DNA from: Candidatus Spongiihabitans sp.
GTDB lineage: Bacteria > Pseudomonadota > Gammaproteobacteria > Arenicellales > Poriferihabitantaceae
Reading direction: 5' to 3'
Length of the DNA: 64,000 bases
Assembly: GCF_965237845.1 (NCBI RefSeq)
Contig: NZ_OZ250154.1
Location: 115,678 to 179,677, forward strand
Positions 60,195 to 64,000 of the stretch are shown in pieces. The notes under the pieces were generated by a model. That model worked only from the letters and a program-made list of their open reading frames with translations, searched no databases and was not told the DNA's origin. Positions within the stretch are counted from its first letter, which is position 1; each line of letters begins with the position of its first letter. Made by a program: the position numbers and the translations under genes.

Positions 60195-63100
60195 ATGATG
60201 AAAATGACACTCTTAAAAACTATCTCTTATCGTCTTGGCATATCGTCTTGGCACTCTTTTTTTGCTGAAACTGTTGGTTGTAATGGGCATGTCGATCGGG
60301 ATGGCATCCACAGCATGGTCCCAAAACACTCCTGCAGCCCCAGTAATTACCTCAACGACACCATCCCTCACAAAACAACCTGACCTAACTGTATCAGGAA
60401 CTGCAGAAGCTGATTCAACTATCACACTAACTAACAATGGCACATCATTACCAACTGTCACTGCAACTGATGGAAATTGGAGTATTACCCTAACATTAAC
60501 TGAAGGTGCTAACACATTTACTGTCACTGCAACTGACAGTTCTGACAACGTATCTGATCCAACAGGGTCTGTATCTGTCACACTAGATACCATACGACCT
60601 GATCCTCCTGTAATTAACCAACCACAACCTCTCCTTGTGACTATTAATTTTCCAACATTCACTGGAACTGGTGAACCTGGTGCCACACTTGTACTAATTC
60701 AAAACAATAACGCATTAGAGCCAGTGGTAATTGACGCTGATGGAAACAGGAGTATTGTCATAGATTTAAAGGAAGGTAACAATGTCTTCATTGCAACTCA
60801 AACTGATCCGGCAGGCAACCAATCAATCGTATCAGTTCCTGTAATCAATGATCTTGATACCATACCACCTCCAGTTCCTAAAATCACCACATCAGCTGCC
60901 ACAGTAACTACATCATCATTTACACTTGTTGGCACTGCAGTTGATACAACATCTGTTGGCGTATACAATAAAGACTCCTTTGTTGCAAATGCAAATCTTG
61001 ATAGATTTGGCAACTGGAGTATCACTCTAACATTAAATCAAGGTGAGAATTCCCTTACTGTAACATCACGAGATGCACTAGGTAACGAATCTGCCTTGTC
61101 AGAACCTGTAATTATTACACTAGATGATCCTAATGTAGACTCGACACCACCTCCAGTTCCTGTAATTACTTCAACAACACCATCCCTCACAAAGCAACCT
61201 GACCTAACTGTATCAGGAACTGCAGAAGCTGATTCAACTATCACACTAACTAACAATGGCACATCATTACCAACTGTCACTGCAACTGATGGAAATTGGA
61301 GTATTACCCTAACATTAACTGAAGGTGCTAACGTATTCACTGTCACTGCAACTGACAGTTCTAACAATATATCTGATTCAACAGAGTCTGTATCTGTCAC
61401 ACTAGATACAATACGACCTGATCCTCCTGTAATTAACCAACCACAACCTCTCCTTACGAATATTAATTTCCCAACATTCACTGGAACTGGTGAACCTGGT
61501 TCAACACTTACACTAATTCAAAACAATAAAGCATTACCTACAGTGGTAATTGACTCTGATGGAAACTGGAGTATTATCATAGATTTAAAGGAAGGTAACA
61601 ATGTATTCATTGCAACTACAACTGATGCGGCAGGCAACCAATCAATCGTATCAGTTACTGTAACCAATGACCTTGATACAACACCTCCTCCAGTTCCAAC
61701 AATCACCTCAACGACACCATCCCTCACAAATCAACCTGACCTAACTGTATCAGGAACTGCAGAAGCTGATTCAACTATCACACTAACTAACAATGGCACA
61801 CCATTACCAACTGTCAGTACTACATCTGATGGCAACTGGAGTGTCACTGTAACATTAACTGAAGGTGCTAACGCATTTACTGTCACTGCAACTGATGCTT
61901 CTGGAAATGTATCTGATCCAACACAGTCTGTATCTGTCACACTAGATACAATACGACCTGATCCTCCTGTAATTAACCAACCACAACCTCTCCTTACGAA
62001 TATTGATTTCCCAACATTTACTGGAACTGGTGAACCTGGTTCAACACTTGTACTAATTCAAAACAATAACGCATTAACTGGAGTATTATCATAGATTTAA
62101 AGGAAGGTAACAATGTCTTCATTGCAACTACAACTGATGCGGCAGGCAACCAATCCATCGTATCAGTTCCTGTAATCAATGACTTGGATACCATACCACC
62201 TCCAGTTCCTAAAATTACCACAACAGCTGCCACAGTCACTACATCATCATTTACACTTGTTGGAACTGCAACTGATACAACATCTGTTGGCGTATACAAT
62301 AAAGACACATTTGTTGCTAATGCAAATCTTGATACAGATGGCAACTGGACTATTGATGTAACATTAAATCAAGGTACCAATAATTTCGCTGTAACTTCAA
62401 GGGATGCACTAGGTAACGAATCCGCCTTGTCAGCATCTGTAGCCATCATACTAGGTGAGCCTACTCCTCCTCCGTCCATCAGCGTCAGCGTCTCGACGCT
62501 GATCGCCACGGTAGGCGTGGAGATCACGTCGGTGACCATCGACCCAAGTGGCGGCGGTGCGGTGGACAGCTACAGCGTCAGTCCGACGATTGCCAATCAG
62601 GGTCTGATTTTAACACGACAGACGGCAGCATCTCCGGCATACCCTCGGCGGCGAGGGAGGAGACCATCTACACCATCACCGCCACCAATGCCGGCGGCAC
62701 GGCTGATGTCACGGTGACGATCACCGTCAACAGCCCGGTAGACTCAACACCACCTCCAGTACCTGTAATTACCACGACAGTAACTATTACAAATCAACCT
62801 GGCATAGATATAACAGGAACTGCAGAAGCTGATTCGACTATCGCACTAATTCACAATGGCACATCATTACCAACTGTCACTACTACACCTGATGGAAATT
62901 GGAGTGTTACCCGAACATTAACTGAGGGTGCCAATGTATTTACTGTCACTGCAACTGATGCTTCAGGCAACACATCTGATTCCACAGAGTCTTTAATCAT
63001 CACACTTGATACCGTACGACCTGAAGCTCCTATAATTGCCCAACCAGACCCTCTCCTTGTGACTATTAATTTTCCAACATTCACTGGAACTGGTGAACCT

Positions 63101-64000
63101 GGTTCAACACTTACACTAATTCAAAACAATAACGCATTAGATCCAGTGGTAATTGACTCTGATGGAAACTGGAGTATTACTAACATAGACTTGGCTGAAG
63201 GTAGCAATGTATTCACTGCAACTACAACTGATGCGGTAGGCAACCAATCCCTTGTATCCGCTACTGTAACCAATGACCTTGATACAATACCTCCTCCAGT
63301 TCCAGCAATCACCACAACAGCTGCCACAGTATCCACAGCATCATTTACACTTGTTGGCACTGCAGTTGATACAACATCTGTTGGCGTATACAATAAAGAC
63401 TCATTTGTTGCTAATGCAAATCTTGATACAGATGGCAACTGGAGTATTACTCTAACATTAAATCCAGGTGAGAATTCCCTTACTGTAACATCACGGGATG
63501 CACTAGGTAACGAATCTGCCTTGTCAGAACCTGTAATTATTACACTAACTCTGGCCGCCCCGTCCATCAGCGCCAGCGTCGCGACGCTGACCGCCACGGT
63601 AGACGCGGAGATCACGTCGGTGACCATCGACCCAAGTAGCGGCGGTGCGGTGACCAGCTACAGCATTGATCCGATACTTAGCGATGGTCTGGAGTTTGAC
63701 ACGTCAACCGGCGCCATCTCCGGCACACCCACGGCGACGGCGGATGAGATCACCTACACCATCACCGCCACCAATGTCACCGGCGAGGATACCGCCACGG
63801 TGACGATCACCGTCAACAACCCGGCCGTCCCGTCCATCAGCGCCAGCGTCGCGACGCTGACCGCCACGGTAGACGCGGAGATCACGTCGGTGACCATCGC
63901 CTCAAGCGGTGGCGCGGTGACCAGCTACAGCATTGATTCGACACTTAGCGCTGGTCTGGAGTTTGACACGTCAACCGGTGCCATCTCCGGCACACCCACG
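60195..64000 (+). pseudogene. giant repetitive Ig-like-domain surface protein/adhesin (continues beyond the window), carrying three frame-breaking lesions
   Basis: A signal peptide is restored only if the 13-bp duplication is removed. There are ~90-aa Ig-like modules (...TGTAEADSTITLTNNG..LPTVTATDGNWSITLTLTEGAN.FTVTATD...) and He_PIG-like modules (...VTSYSI.P.L..GL.FDT.TGAISGTP...ITYTITATN). Reading frames are 1 (60235-62094), 3 (about 62077-62611) and 2 (62612-64000). Confidence 0.8.

Noticed and set aside
60213-63627. A series of minus-strand ORFs (60213-60686, 61038-61481, 62018-62344, 62851-63084, 63121-63627).
   Set aside because: They are antisense images of the repetitive adhesin modules. 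They are periodic because the sense strand is periodic, and they lack starts or RBS of their own.

Overview
The window looks like a gammaproteobacterial chromosome segment of moderate-to-low GC, judging from gene content and synteny (my inference). Most of it is housekeeping backbone: pepA-holC, ilvA, topA-smg-dprA, hisBHAFI-tatABC, bpt/aat, tsaD, plsY, folBK, rpmBG, folD, cytochrome c4/engB, proA-holA-lptE-leuS, dnaG-rpoD-tRNA, and an MttB-type methyltransferase. Accessory and unusual material interrupts this backbone.

- **Island at 20.4-26.4 kb:** an AT-rich block splits the bpt/aat pair. It carries a complete C-R-M restriction-modification module bracketed by two related attC-like imperfect palindromes. 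It also carries a phage-Dam-type methyltransferase next to a nuclease gene killed by one in-frame TAA.
- **Tandem array at 27196-28401:** a 1.2-kb non-coding array of 9.3 near-identical 130-bp units fills the aat/tsaD intergenic region. Each unit ends in a copy of the tsaD initiation site.
- **Island at 40.2-42.4 kb:** a second, decayed R-M island with two methyltransferases, where both frameshifts sit in poly-A runs.
- **Operon at 52.5-54.3 kb:** an orphan, translationally coupled three-gene operon lies just downstream of the tRNA after rpoD. This is my best candidate for an undescribed system.
- **TatB:** it carries an in-frame 75-aa four-cysteine extension.
- **Adhesin gene (60.2 kb to the window end):** a giant repetitive Ig-like adhesin gene with three frame-breaking lesions and a sharp internal GC mosaic.
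- **Smaller items:** an IS (rve) remnant, a MerF-like/GDCCVxC pair, a TraT-like lipoprotein cluster, a 3 x 110-bp repeat, and several in-frame micro-duplications in core genes.

All functional calls come from reading the translations and motifs by eye. No database search was run.
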